Of a DNA stretch of 64,000 nucleotides, positions 19,620 through 28,695 are shown in pieces. The DNA lies in the sequence record NC_052652.1; one strand, 5' to 3'. The DNA is from Escherichia phage vB_EcoM_PHB05. The translations under genes were made by a program, and so were the position numbers. How positions within the stretch are numbered: the stretch's first letter is position 1; each line of letters starts with the position of its first letter. Below the pieces are notes generated by a model. It saw nothing but the letters and a program-made list of their open reading frames with translations, was not told the DNA's origin and did no database searches.

Positions 19620-20563
19620 TATAAATCCTCGATAAGCAGTCTGCGGGTTTCATTTAAATCATCAATATTGTAGTTATCTCTTACATACTTAGCAAGAGCT
19701 AATCCTTTCTCAATACAAACATCAGGAGATTCGATTAAGTATTCTACAATATCTTTCCACTCTTTAACTGAATCAGCAAAGAAGATTAGATCTTTAAATT
19801 CTTCAGTATAGTAGTTCTCTCGTGGAGAACAAACGAGTGGCAAACCTTTAGCACCAGCCTCAAGAATTTTTAAATTACTTTTGGCATTATTAAAATGATT
19901 ATTTACTAATGGAGCTATGGAGATTTGATGACCATCGTATGCTTCCATATAACACTCATAAGGACGAATACCTTCATAAACACAATCTGGTTGAATCTCT
20001 TCTTTAATTTGCAACCATTGAGCACTACTTAACTCTTCGTGATCTCTACGAAATCCACATAACGTTAAATCTTTACCAAAAGTAGGAAGAATTGCTAAAT
20101 CATGTTTATGTGTTTCACTTCCCGCCCAAACCAGTGGGCTTTTAGAATAACGATCTTTAGTAAGAACAAACTGCCCTTCATCAAAAGGTAGTCCGTTAGG
20201 CACAATATGTACATTATCATTGTATTGGCTTAATTCAACCTTTAATGCTGGAGTTGTTGTAGTTACAAGATCGCTTCTTTCAAGGAACCATTTTAGGTCA
20301 TCTCGGATTTGATTTTCAAATAATCCTTCCAACATATGCCCTTCAGGAATAATTAAAGAATCATCCAGATCCATTACCAATTTAAACCCAAGTTGTTTAA
20401 GAGCCAGGAAACCTGGCTTTCCACGAGTTGGTACTCCATTGAACACAAAAATATTATGCTTAGGATTAATGGTCAGTTTGCGTTTATATGGCAAAATGAT
20501 TCTATGAAAATCACATACACTATACCTTTCATGTCCACGTGTGTCAAGAATAATATTAGGCAT
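19619..20563 (-). CDS. Glycosyltransferase-like protein (GT-B fold suspected), paralogue 1, 314 aa
   Basis: Clear paralogy with the adjacent gene (shared blocks DFHRI, DEGQF-LTKDRYS, ISIAPLVNN-FNN-KSNLKILEAGAKGLP); KILEAGAKGLP resembles the GT4 E-x7-E region. Confidence 0.5.
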   Translation of the reverse strand: MPNIILDTRGHERYSVCDFHRIILPYKRKLTINPKHNIFVFNGVPTRGKPGFLALKQLGFKLVMDLDDSLIIPEGHMLEGLFENQIRDDLKWFLERSDLVTTTTPALKVELSQYNDNVHIVPNGLPFDEGQFVLTKDRYSKSPLVWAGSETHKHDLAILPTFGKDLTLCGFRRDHEELSSAQWLQIKEEIQPDCVYEGIRPYECYMEAYDGHQISIAPLVNNHFNNAKSNLKILEAGAKGLPLVCSPRENYYTEEFKDLIFFADSVKEWKDIVEYLIESPDVCIEKGLALAKYVRDNYNIDDLNETRRLLIEDL

Positions 20564-20574
20564 ATGGCTCCTTG

Positions 20575-21549
20575 TTAAAGACTTTCAATAACTTGACGAC
20601 GCAGTTCATTGGCATCTGCAAGATTATAATTAAGACGAACGTGTTCTGCAAGCATCATACCACGATCTTCTGTGTATCTAGGGTTCCTCATTAGCTTGAC
20701 AACTTCATAATGCCAAGATGCTTTAGAATCTGCATAGATAACAGCCTTTGCATCTACCGGATTGAAGTACGGCAGCACAGGAGAACAGATAATAGGAAGA
20801 CCCTTTGCACCTGCTTCCAAAATCTTCAAATTGCTTTTACAGTTGTTGAAGTCATTATCTACCAGAGGAGCAATTGCAATACTGTGACCGTCATACACAG
20901 ACATATACTCACCTAAATTTTTAATAGCTGGTTTATACTGTGCATTTGGAATTTTACGTTTTACTTTAACCCACTCCGCAGTAGTTAGATACTGACTATT
21001 ATTTCCAACAGGTGCAGAAGGATACACTTCATACCCTGCAATTGTCAATAGTGTATCATCAAATGTATTAGCTACAAGAGATAAATCAGGTTCATGGCTT
21101 GCTCCTCCAGCCCAAATAATAGGCGTGTCAGAATAACGGTCTTTTGTCAAAGTAAATTGACCTTCATCGTAAGGTAGTGCGTTTCTAATAACGACAACAT
21201 TACGATTTAAATGACGAATTTTGTAAGCCAGGTATTCTGTTGTTACAGTAACAACATCTGCTAACTTAATCATCTCTACAATAGTCTTTGAGTGATTAGT
21301 AAATACGCCAGCCATATAATGTTCAGGATTAAGCGAATAAAAGTCATCTAAATCAACAATAATCTTAACACCTTGTGCCTTCAGGCGTTTAACTTCGTCT
21401 GATCCACGAGAATACACTCTATTAAAAACTAAAACGTCTTTCTTAGGCTTAAACGTATTTCCCGCAAATGGCATTACAATACGATGGTAATCACAACCAC
21501 TGCCTAACTTATTATCACACTTAAGTACAGGAGTATTAGGATTTACCAT
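20575..21549 (-). CDS. Glycosyltransferase-like protein, paralogue 2 (start at internal ATG with RBS GAGGAGG), 324 aa
   Basis: Paralogue of 19619..20563; track ORF extends to 21588 but the Met at 21549 has a strong RBS and minimises overlap. Confidence 0.5.
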   Translation of the reverse strand: MVNPNTPVLKCDNKLGSGCDYHRIVMPFAGNTFKPKKDVLVFNRVYSRGSDEVKRLKAQGVKIIVDLDDFYSLNPEHYMAGVFTNHSKTIVEMIKLADVVTVTTEYLAYKIRHLNRNVVVIRNALPYDEGQFTLTKDRYSDTPIIWAGGASHEPDLSLVANTFDDTLLTIAGYEVYPSAPVGNNSQYLTTAEWVKVKRKIPNAQYKPAIKNLGEYMSVYDGHSIAIAPLVDNDFNNCKSNLKILEAGAKGLPIICSPVLPYFNPVDAKAVIYADSKASWHYEVVKLMRNPRYTEDRGMMLAEHVRLNYNLADANELRRQVIESL

Positions 21550-22222
21550 ATTTTTGAGCCTCCTCATAAGAGATAAAAGTTTTACCATTGCGAAGATCCT
21601 CCAGTGATTGTTTATATTGTTCCCAGTTTACACCAATCCCCTGTTCTTTCTCTTCTTTTGACAGATTCGCAAAAGGTAAAGGATTATCTCCAAACACATC
21701 GTCAGGATGGATAAACGCCATAATTCGAATAGGACATGGTACGCCGTGAATACCTCGGTTCAAACCTGCCAGTGGAACGCGCTGAATCCACTCTGCATCC
21801 TCATACCCATAGCCGTGGGTGTATGAGCGGAAATAGCCAGCTTTCTCAATAACTGCACGGGAATACATACCAAACTGGCACATGCCTAGTTCCCAAATAA
21901 CCACTTCACCTTCAATACCTTTTACTTTATCTTTAAAGTATTCAGGCATACCAAAGAAATCCCAGCCATTTTCCTTAGCCTGTTTTACAAAATATGTTTC
22001 CCAACCTGTCACAACCGGATAGCAATCATCATCAAAAATAAACCAGTAATCATACCCTTCATCATAAAACTTTTTCATCAGTTCATTACGGGCATATGCA
22101 ACACCTTTTCGTTCCCGATCATACTGTACAACAAAAGTAGCATTAGGATCAGTCACAAGATAATCTTTAAGAGGACGCTTACCTACAGTAATAACACCAA
22201 CACCAATTTTTGTATTTTCCAA
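21536..22222 (-). CDS. Glycosyltransferase, GT-A fold (DxD type), 228 aa
   Basis: DxD motif in YWFIFDDDCYP preceded by hydrophobic strand; GYGYEDAEW downstream; typical small GT-A layout. Confidence 0.5.
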   Translation of the reverse strand: MENTKIGVGVITVGKRPLKDYLVTDPNATFVVQYDRERKGVAYARNELMKKFYDEGYDYWFIFDDDCYPVVTGWETYFVKQAKENGWDFFGMPEYFKDKVKGIEGEVVIWELGMCQFGMYSRAVIEKAGYFRSYTHGYGYEDAEWIQRVPLAGLNRGIHGVPCPIRIMAFIHPDDVFGDNPLPFANLSKEEKEQGIGVNWEQYKQSLEDLRNGKTFISYEEAQKYGKS

Positions 22223-22231
22223 AATAACTCC

Positions 22232-22795
22232 TTAAATAATTTTATTCATGTCTTGACAATGTAAAAGGTGTGAAACAGCTTTTCTAGGATCATCATTACC
22301 TAAACGGTATGTGTGAAATAAATATAACCCACGTAGTAAACCTAGCCTTTTATTGTTAGCGTGTAATGCTTTAGAGAAAATTATATCAAACTGTATTGAT
22401 CTTTCCTCAAAAGGGATTTCATTCCACAGACTCTTACGAAAGAGAAGAAAGAATCCTGCTAAGATAGCATCTGTAGGTACTTCCTCTATTGAGTTTCCCC
22501 ATTCTAGATGTGCTCTTTTTGCAATCTCAATGTGGTGTAATATATTTGGATCTTCACTTCTTTCATTATTAAATAATTGATATGTTGATCCCAATCTATT
22601 ACAAGATGCACCAAGAACATCAAAATCAGGATTTGAACGGACTATTGATTCCAACCAAGCAGGTTGTTCTGGAAGAAGAAACATTGTATCAATGTCTCTT
22701 AGGCAAATCCAACTATCTTCTGGTAAGACACTTATTGTGTCATTGATACCTTTTCCAATATCTCCAGAAAGATAGGGAGTTATGTGAAATATCAT
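22232..22795 (-). CDS. Hypothetical protein, possibly a further glycosyltransferase-like enzyme, 187 aa
   Basis: Track ORF adjacent to the GT cluster; acidic motif ICLRDIDTMF could be a DxD-like site (weak). Confidence 0.3.
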   Translation of the reverse strand: MIFHITPYLSGDIGKGINDTISVLPEDSWICLRDIDTMFLLPEQPAWLESIVRSNPDFDVLGASCNRLGSTYQLFNNERSEDPNILHHIEIAKRAHLEWGNSIEEVPTDAILAGFFLLFRKSLWNEIPFEERSIQFDIIFSKALHANNKRLGLLRGLYLFHTYRLGNDDPRKAVSHLLHCQDMNKII

Positions 22796-22852
22796 ACTCC
22801 CTCCGTATTATTACTTTAGCATTTTTAGACTAAAAAGTCCAAATGGTTTTAC

Positions 22853-23047
22853 CTATTGATTACGTTTTGCGAGTTCCATTTGGATAGCTAAACTGTGATC
22901 TCGTGCTTCCATATACTCTTTATATGTTTCATTAAGATGATCACGACAAACATCACGCAGTTTAATCAGTTTATCTGTAGGGATACCACTAAGATCATCC
23001 CAAGATTTTACAACTTCACCAGTATCATTGATCCCAATGGTTTTCAT
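22853..23047 (-). CDS. Hypothetical small protein, 64 aa
   Basis: Track ORF in packed co-directional array. Confidence 0.3.
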   Translation of the reverse strand: MKTIGINDTGEVVKSWDDLSGIPTDKLIKLRDVCRDHLNETYKEYMEARDHSLAIQMELAKRNQ

Positions 23048-23303
23048 CTACAACCTCCTTAATTGCTACAGCACAGTTTTTGCAGATACACTGCCCTTTA
23101 CCTTTAGAAATCTGGATGTAAGGTTCATTTTCATCTTCGCCCTTACGTGAGTCATATATTACAGAATTAAAGCACACAACGCAAATATTTTTTAAGATTG
23201 TATACTTATCAACTTTCTTTTTTGTTTTAAAGTTAACTTCAATAACATCAGCCATCAGTGTAACACTCCCAGTATGTTGTTTTGTGACATAACCATAGAA
23301 CAT
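23025..23303 (-). CDS. Hypothetical Cys-rich small protein (possible zinc ribbon), 92 aa
   Basis: CVVCFN ... CICKNCAV cysteine pairs. Confidence 0.3.
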   Translation of the reverse strand: MFYGYVTKQHTGSVTLMADVIEVNFKTKKKVDKYTILKNICVVCFNSVIYDSRKGEDENEPYIQISKGKGQCICKNCAVAIKEVVDENHWDQ

Positions 23304-23533
23304 TCAACATTATCGTGACTACGTGAAAAACGTTCCCAAACATCTTCATCGACTCGTAAAGCTATACAAGGATAGACGTTATCATTGATCATTTCAATTG
23401 AATAAACATCCACATTGTCTTCGTCTTCGATGAACATCATTGCAAACTGTTCTAAATGTTTCCTAATGTAATGTACATCCTCTTCTGTAAGACCAATAAC
23501 AAGATAACTTGCAACGATAACGCCATCTTTCAT
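23255..23533 (-). CDS. Hypothetical small protein, 92 aa
   Basis: Track ORF. Confidence 0.3.
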   Translation of the reverse strand: MKDGVIVASYLVIGLTEEDVHYIRKHLEQFAMMFIEDEDNVDVYSIEMINDNVYPCIALRVDEDVWERFSRSHDNVECSMVMSQNNILGVLH

Positions 23534-23543
23534 CTATATCTCC

Positions 23544-24053
23544 TTAGCGATAGAATTGATGTTCTTTGTAGCGGTACACTAGAACCATATCTTTTTCCCA
23601 GTGTGCTCTTATTGTAGATTTTTTAAAGTATAATGCTCCTTTTGTAATATCTAATGCAATTCGTAGTTCTGGAAAATGGTTATCGAGATAAAGTAGACGT
23701 TCTGCTATAGCCTTAGCTTCCTTCCACTTATCGTGTTCCATAACGTTGAATGTCTTCGTGTAAGAGAATTGTCCTTTCTGAAACAAAACTTCTTTTATAG
23801 TATCAGGGAAATATGAATCTCTAGCCCTATTCAATACTACATTACCAACAGCAGACATACCGCGCTTTCCTTGATTACGACTTTCTGCATAGATTGCACA
23901 AGCTAATAGATTTTCTTTACTATCACGCTTTGTACACTTGTGAACTACTTTAGCAGTTTTTACGTTTGCAGCTTCGGCTTGCGCCACAACAGGTGTAAAT
24001 GTAAAAGCAGTTAAGGATAGTAACGCAATTGCGACAAAGGTTTTTATTGACAA
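23544..24053 (-). CDS. Secreted cell-wall hydrolase (SleB/Hydrolase_2-like), candidate endolysin, 169 aa
   Basis: N-terminal signal peptide (MSIKTFVAIALLSLTAFTFTPVVAQA); motif LACAIYAESRNQ...GMSAVGNVVLNR typical of SleB-family cell wall hydrolases. Confidence 0.55.
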   Translation of the reverse strand: MSIKTFVAIALLSLTAFTFTPVVAQAEAANVKTAKVVHKCTKRDSKENLLACAIYAESRNQGKRGMSAVGNVVLNRARDSYFPDTIKEVLFQKGQFSYTKTFNVMEHDKWKEAKAIAERLLYLDNHFPELRIALDITKGALYFKKSTIRAHWEKDMVLVYRYKEHQFYR

Positions 24054-24117
24054 ACTTGCCTCCTATTTTGTTAAACGAACTTTTATTGTAACACAGAAGA
24101 GGCTGTTTTGCAAGTGG

Positions 24118-24138
24118 AGGGGGATAATCCCCCCTCTT
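24118..24138 (-). terminator. Terminator-like hairpin (GAGGGGGG ATAAT CCCCCCTC)
   Basis: 8-bp perfect G/C stem in the 93-nt gap between genes. Confidence 0.45.
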
Positions 24139-24146
24139 AGACTCTG

Positions 24147-24749
24147 TTAGATATTGTAAACCTTTGTATGAGTTACTACACCATCTTCTACAAAATCAAT
24201 ACGTTCTTGATCCGTAACTAGTGCAGACAACACTTTAAATTTAATTTTTACACGCTCAAAAGCTGGTTGACCATCTTTAAGATAATTATGTTCAGTTGTC
24301 ACTGTCTTGTTTACAAAATCAACTTTTGCTTTACCGTTTTCGCGTAAGTGGAATGTTTTTCCTGCTTTATACACAATTTCAACATTACCTTCGAGAGTAA
24401 TTCCTTCAAAAAGTTCACCCTCTTCTTCATTTTCTTCACTTTTGAACAGACGACGAAATTCTTCCATATCAAGATAAACAACACCTTCAGAATAATTATC
24501 AGTAAGATATGTCTTACCACCCATTAGCCCGAAATATTGCCAGATTGCCGAATAAACATCACTAGATGATCCAAGGGTTTCTCTGAGTTTAGTTCCACGA
24601 ATTACTTCATAAACTTCAAAATTGAAACCAGCCTGCAAAGCATCAAACAGCACATCACTAACTTCTAAAGCATAATCTTGATTGTGTTCAATATCTACAA
24701 GAAAATTGCCGCTACGAATAAGTTTTTGACCTTCTAAAGTAATACCCAT
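24147..24749 (-). CDS. Hypothetical protein, 200 aa
   Basis: Track ORF; acidic run EENEEEGELFEG; no motif recognised. Confidence 0.4.
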   Translation of the reverse strand: MGITLEGQKLIRSGNFLVDIEHNQDYALEVSDVLFDALQAGFNFEVYEVIRGTKLRETLGSSSDVYSAIWQYFGLMGGKTYLTDNYSEGVVYLDMEEFRRLFKSEENEEEGELFEGITLEGNVEIVYKAGKTFHLRENGKAKVDFVNKTVTTEHNYLKDGQPAFERVKIKFKVLSALVTDQERIDFVEDGVVTHTKVYNI

Positions 24750-24777
24750 TGTTTTCTCCTCTTTTATTTCAAATATG

Positions 24778-24793
24778 CGCCCCGAAGGGCGCT
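24778..24793 (-). terminator. Terminator-like hairpin (GCGCCC CGAA GGGCGC)
   Basis: 6-bp GC stem with tetraloop immediately downstream (on - strand) of the TerD-like gene. Confidence 0.45.
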
Positions 24794-24813
24794 ATGATTT
24801 ATTACTTGACTTA

Positions 24814-25410
24814 TTACTCGAACCAATCGTCGCCAGCGCCGAACGCTTTAACTACATCGTAAATGTCAAGCCCAGCTTTACCCACACCATACGCTTTCAG
24901 TTTCCATTCACTATCTTCCCGTACCAGGGAGGCAACGTGGCAAATGGTGTTACCTGCAAGTTCTGGAGCCAAGAAGTCAAAGTCCAGCAGTTCAACATTA
25001 CGTTCATCATCGAAGATTTTAAGGAAACCTTCGGTAGCGTGACCAAGGCGTTTCTTACCCGTTTCGTCATCAATAGTAATTACAAATGCAATTTCCTGTG
25101 CTTCAGCAGAGATATTATCCAGTGTAACATCAATCTGCTCCATCTGTCCTACACCGTCACGAACATCTTCACCTGCAAAAGTAGAACGTTCAGGATCAAA
25201 TTTCTGCGCGTAGCACACCAGGTGACGAGGAGACAACAGTTCCGGCAGACCAGATGCATTGTGTCGGCAAATCAGAGCACTAACATCCAGATCCAGTTTT
25301 TCGTTAGATTTCCAAGAGAATTCCAGACGAATGCGTTTCAGTGCTGGTGCAATCTTTTTCAGAGAAACTTTTTCACTAGAACCTTTTTTCAGGGAAATTT
25401 TCTGAGTCAT
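24814..25410 (-). CDS. terD: TerD-domain stress protein (tellurium-resistance TerD family), 198 aa
   Basis: N-terminal ISLKKGSSEKVSLKK strand pair, LDLDVSALICRHN block and acidic Ca-binding-like segment (FAGEDVRDGVGQMEQIDVTLD, ITIDDETG) as in TerD/TerE proteins. Confidence 0.65.
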   Translation of the reverse strand: MTQKISLKKGSSEKVSLKKIAPALKRIRLEFSWKSNEKLDLDVSALICRHNASGLPELLSPRHLVCYAQKFDPERSTFAGEDVRDGVGQMEQIDVTLDNISAEAQEIAFVITIDDETGKKRLGHATEGFLKIFDDERNVELLDFDFLAPELAGNTICHVASLVREDSEWKLKAYGVGKAGLDIYDVVKAFGAGDDWFE

Positions 25411-25482
25411 AATTTATTATCTCCTTTGTTGTTAATTTACGTTGTCTATTTTACTAATCTTTTCTACAAAGTCAAGCGTTTT

Positions 25483-26277
25483 TTACGCTTTTGCTCCGAA
25501 TTTTTTAACCCACTCACCAAACTCTTCGGATAACAGCTTATCGTAAAGTTCTTCATCAGACAAGGACAAATCTGCAATACCGATAAAATCAACATTATCG
25601 TATTCTTTTGCCAAGTCTTTCAGGAATTTAAAGTTTGCATTACCTACACCAACCATAAACCAGTAAACAGGCGTATTGCGGTGTTTGTTCAGTAAGCTAC
25701 GTACTGCTGAAGTATCCATGTTCTCCCCGTCAGTTTGGAAGAAAATCATTGCAGGAGTACGATCAACTTGTGCATCAGTATCTACAACCTGTTCTACAAC
25801 AGTACGTGTTACTTCTACAAGTTCTTTTTTACCAGTTAGTTTAGCAAGGAAACCCTTAGCCGGGACTTCTTCATACTCAACGACTTCGCGTGTAATATTT
25901 TTCATAGGTACACTACCGAAGTATGTATCATAGATCTCTTGCATTACTGGAGCATAAGCAGTACCACCGTTGATGCAAACATTAGACATGCAAGAGCCGA
26001 CATAATCATCATACACACCAGCCGTTGCAGGAGGCAGTTCAAAAGAAGAACTATTGAAAGCCCACATGTCAATCTGTGCATTATCATCAAACTTCATACC
26101 AAACGGCAGCAGTTTACCTACAAAATCACTAACAGTGCCATCACGATACAGCTCACACATACTACCCGAAATATCTAAGGCGCTACCGACACGAAGAACA
26201 ACATCGTTAATCTTTTTCTTACGCAGAGATACAGTAAGAGTTTCTTGACGTTTTTTAAGACTGATTTTATTGGACAT
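25483..26277 (-). CDS. von Willebrand factor A (vWA) domain protein with TerD-like N-terminal strand (TerY/TerF-like), 264 aa
   Basis: MIDAS motif VGSALDISGSM (DxSxS); N-terminus ISLKKRQETLTVSLRK mirrors the TerD N-terminus. Confidence 0.55.
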   Translation of the reverse strand: MSNKISLKKRQETLTVSLRKKKINDVVLRVGSALDISGSMCELYRDGTVSDFVGKLLPFGMKFDDNAQIDMWAFNSSSFELPPATAGVYDDYVGSCMSNVCINGGTAYAPVMQEIYDTYFGSVPMKNITREVVEYEEVPAKGFLAKLTGKKELVEVTRTVVEQVVDTDAQVDRTPAMIFFQTDGENMDTSAVRSLLNKHRNTPVYWFMVGVGNANFKFLKDLAKEYDNVDFIGIADLSLSDEELYDKLLSEEFGEWVKKFGAKA

Positions 26278-26278
26278 A

Positions 26279-26548
26279 TTATTTCTCCTTTCTGAGTGTA
26301 ATGTTAGTAACTTCTAAATCCACTTCTACTACTTCTGTATCATATAAAATACAGTTAAGTTGACCTCTTTGTGAACCGTTCAGACACATTGCTTGGTTTG
26401 TATTAACCTTAATAAACACTAAGTTTCTGAACGTATCTAAACCAGATTCTTGATAGGCAACATAATATACAAATGTATCACCTGCGTCAAGTTCTCCAAA
26501 ACATTTAGGTTCATCTGATTTGTCGTCTTTGATATTAAATTTAAGCAC
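26279..26548 (-). CDS. Hypothetical small protein, 89 aa
   Basis: Track ORF. Confidence 0.3.
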   Translation of the reverse strand: MLKFNIKDDKSDEPKCFGELDAGDTFVYYVAYQESGLDTFRNLVFIKVNTNQAMCLNGSQRGQLNCILYDTEVVEVDLEVTNITLRKEK

Positions 26549-27104
26549 TGTCTTCTCCTTTACCTGCTCTCCAGCCTAAATAGAAAGCCTCTCTGGTGAT
26601 CTTTTGCAACTCGTTTAAAGAGATAGTTACAACTAAATCATCTTCAATTTCTAGCTTTGAGTCTTCTTCTGTCTCAATGCAAGTATTATGCACTTTGTGG
26701 TAAGGATTGTCAACACGTTTAAATTTATTATTTTCAGTGCTGAAGAAGCAATCTGGATCTTCTTCTCCATCACCCCAGCCCTGGTTAGGGTCTTCTTCAG
26801 ATCTTTCTGTTGGGATCTCCCCTGTAAAGTGCTCTTCTAATACCATAGCGATACCATCCCCAGGATCGGAAGAGAACATCAAATTACAAACTTCTTCCCA
26901 AGGCATAGACCACTTGAATCTTTTACGATTGCCATGTTTATCTTCTTCGTTAGAGAAAACACTACCATAGCTATCATAATTGCCATACATCTCTTCAACA
27001 ACTTTACCACCTTTCAAAAGAAATAGGTAGCAAGGAGAGCCATCGAAAGAGGTAGAAAGAGCAGCATTACCAGACTCTTTGCACAAGAAACTAAAACACC
27101 CCAT
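26541..27104 (-). CDS. Hypothetical acidic protein, 187 aa, C-terminal motif shared with the next gene
   Basis: C-terminal LNELQKITREAFYLGWRAGKGEDS resembles N-terminal LTREELQTIMEDAFIDGWKQGQESD of 27104..27304. Confidence 0.35.
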   Translation of the reverse strand: MGCFSFLCKESGNAALSTSFDGSPCYLFLLKGGKVVEEMYGNYDSYGSVFSNEEDKHGNRKRFKWSMPWEEVCNLMFSSDPGDGIAMVLEEHFTGEIPTERSEEDPNQGWGDGEEDPDCFFSTENNKFKRVDNPYHKVHNTCIETEEDSKLEIEDDLVVTISLNELQKITREAFYLGWRAGKGEDSA

Positions 27105-27304
27105 TATACACCAGCCTTAAGATCAACTAAAGCCAAAGTTGTTTCAGAATGTGTTTGCTCGTCTACAGGTGCAGTCATATGATAATACAAAAAGTCTTCG
27201 GCATCATACCAATCTGACTCTTGACCTTGTTTCCAACCATCAATGAAAGCATCTTCCATAATGGTTTGTAATTCTTCACGAGTTAAGTGAATATCTTTAT
27301 TCAT
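27104..27304 (-). CDS. Hypothetical small protein sharing the AF-x-GW motif, 66 aa
   Basis: See previous entry; translationally coupled. Confidence 0.3.
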   Translation of the reverse strand: MNKDIHLTREELQTIMEDAFIDGWKQGQESDWYDAEDFLYYHMTAPVDEQTHSETTLALVDLKAGV

Positions 27305-27537
27305 TACACATTCTCCTCTTTTACCAATTCCATCGTTGAACTATCAAAACCATCTTTAGAAGAATAGGTATAGACAGAACGTAGTTCTCGCAGGACAGTA
27401 AACACATTAGGATCATCTAACCAAGCATCCTGGAGGAGAACATAACGATCTTCATTGTCGTACTGGACAGCGATCATAGAACCAGACAGTTTGTAAATTT
27501 TAATATTCATAATATATTTCTCCTTAAAGTAGACCAC
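27304..27537 (-). CDS. Hypothetical small protein, 77 aa
   Basis: Track ORF. Confidence 0.3.
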   Translation of the reverse strand: MVYFKEKYIMNIKIYKLSGSMIAVQYDNEDRYVLLQDAWLDDPNVFTVLRELRSVYTYSSKDGFDSSTMELVKEENV

Positions 27538-28627
27538 GTTTAACAGTTTGAATCATACCATCTTCAAGAGATTGCACTTCTTGAATGTAATCAATACGAG
27601 CAGCACGGGCTTCAGTGTTGATCCGATTAGTTTCTTCCAACATTTTAACTAAGTTTTCTTGATCGCGACGTAATGTTTCAATATCCAATACTTGACGATT
27701 AGCAAGTTGCGTAGCTTCAATTTGGTTTTGTGCAGCCAGATCACTACCCATTGCAATAGCAGCATTAAACTCATTCAGTACATTGTTCTGTGTATCGGCT
27801 GCTTTCTTCTGGCGTAGACTTTCAATATACATAGAAAAGTTTGCAGAGTAAGCAGGAATAACATTATTCACAATATTACGGGCTGATCGCATCAAACTTG
27901 CAGATACTTTCTGCATACTTTGTACACGTGGCCCCATCTGAACACACAGTAAACGCAAGGCTTTCAGGTCTGCAATACGAATTTCAAGCAGATCCATAGT
28001 ATCACGAGTACGTTGACGCTCTTCTACTTCATTTTCAGGTAGTGTATTAAGGCGAACTTCTTCTTTTTCATAAGTAGCTGTTAGAAGCTCTATATCCCTG
28101 TTTAAGCTAAGAGCATATTTTGCAATAGCCTCTTCTAAACGTTGCAGATATCGTAAAGAATCTTCTTCTTTTTTCAAGTCTGTTTGGAGTGTCTTTACCA
28201 AACCTTCAATACGATTATTGATGGTGTCAAATTCTCCAAACAAATCTTCTTTCATACCTAATACTTTCTTAACTAACTTACCTAAGCCTTTAGATTGTTT
28301 AATAGAGTTAGGATCAAGTTGCTTTGCTTGCTTAATAAGTGCAGTTAAACGTTCACTCATTTCATCTCCCTGAGATGAACGCTGGTGTTTAAGCACTTCA
28401 GCATTAAGGTTACGAAGAGTAAGTCCTGCATCAGCACCAACTTGTTCAATCTCTTCACGAGACATTGGAGGCAGCATTTGTACAGGTCGTGCAACAGCAG
28501 GGGCATATACAGGGCTTGCATCCATAGCACTTGGAGCAAACAAAGACTTACTTTTTTCTGTTGTTGCCGTGAATACACTCATTTCAGACGGTTTGCTTTT
28601 TACGGCACTGATAAAAGGACTGGACAT
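27524..28627 (-). CDS. telA: TelA-like toxic-anion-resistance family protein (coiled-coil), 367 aa
   Basis: Length, predicted all-helical coiled-coil architecture with E/R/L-rich heptads and position next to TerD/TerC genes match TelA/KlaA family; assignment by resemblance, not verified. Confidence 0.5.
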   Translation of the reverse strand: MSSPFISAVKSKPSEMSVFTATTEKSKSLFAPSAMDASPVYAPAVARPVQMLPPMSREEIEQVGADAGLTLRNLNAEVLKHQRSSQGDEMSERLTALIKQAKQLDPNSIKQSKGLGKLVKKVLGMKEDLFGEFDTINNRIEGLVKTLQTDLKKEEDSLRYLQRLEEAIAKYALSLNRDIELLTATYEKEEVRLNTLPENEVEERQRTRDTMDLLEIRIADLKALRLLCVQMGPRVQSMQKVSASLMRSARNIVNNVIPAYSANFSMYIESLRQKKAADTQNNVLNEFNAAIAMGSDLAAQNQIEATQLANRQVLDIETLRRDQENLVKMLEETNRINTEARAARIDYIQEVQSLEDGMIQTVKRGLL

Positions 28628-28695
28628 TCAATTTCCTCCATATTCTTTAGTAGATGGTGATACCTCTGTACCACCATCATAACACAAATTAAGTA

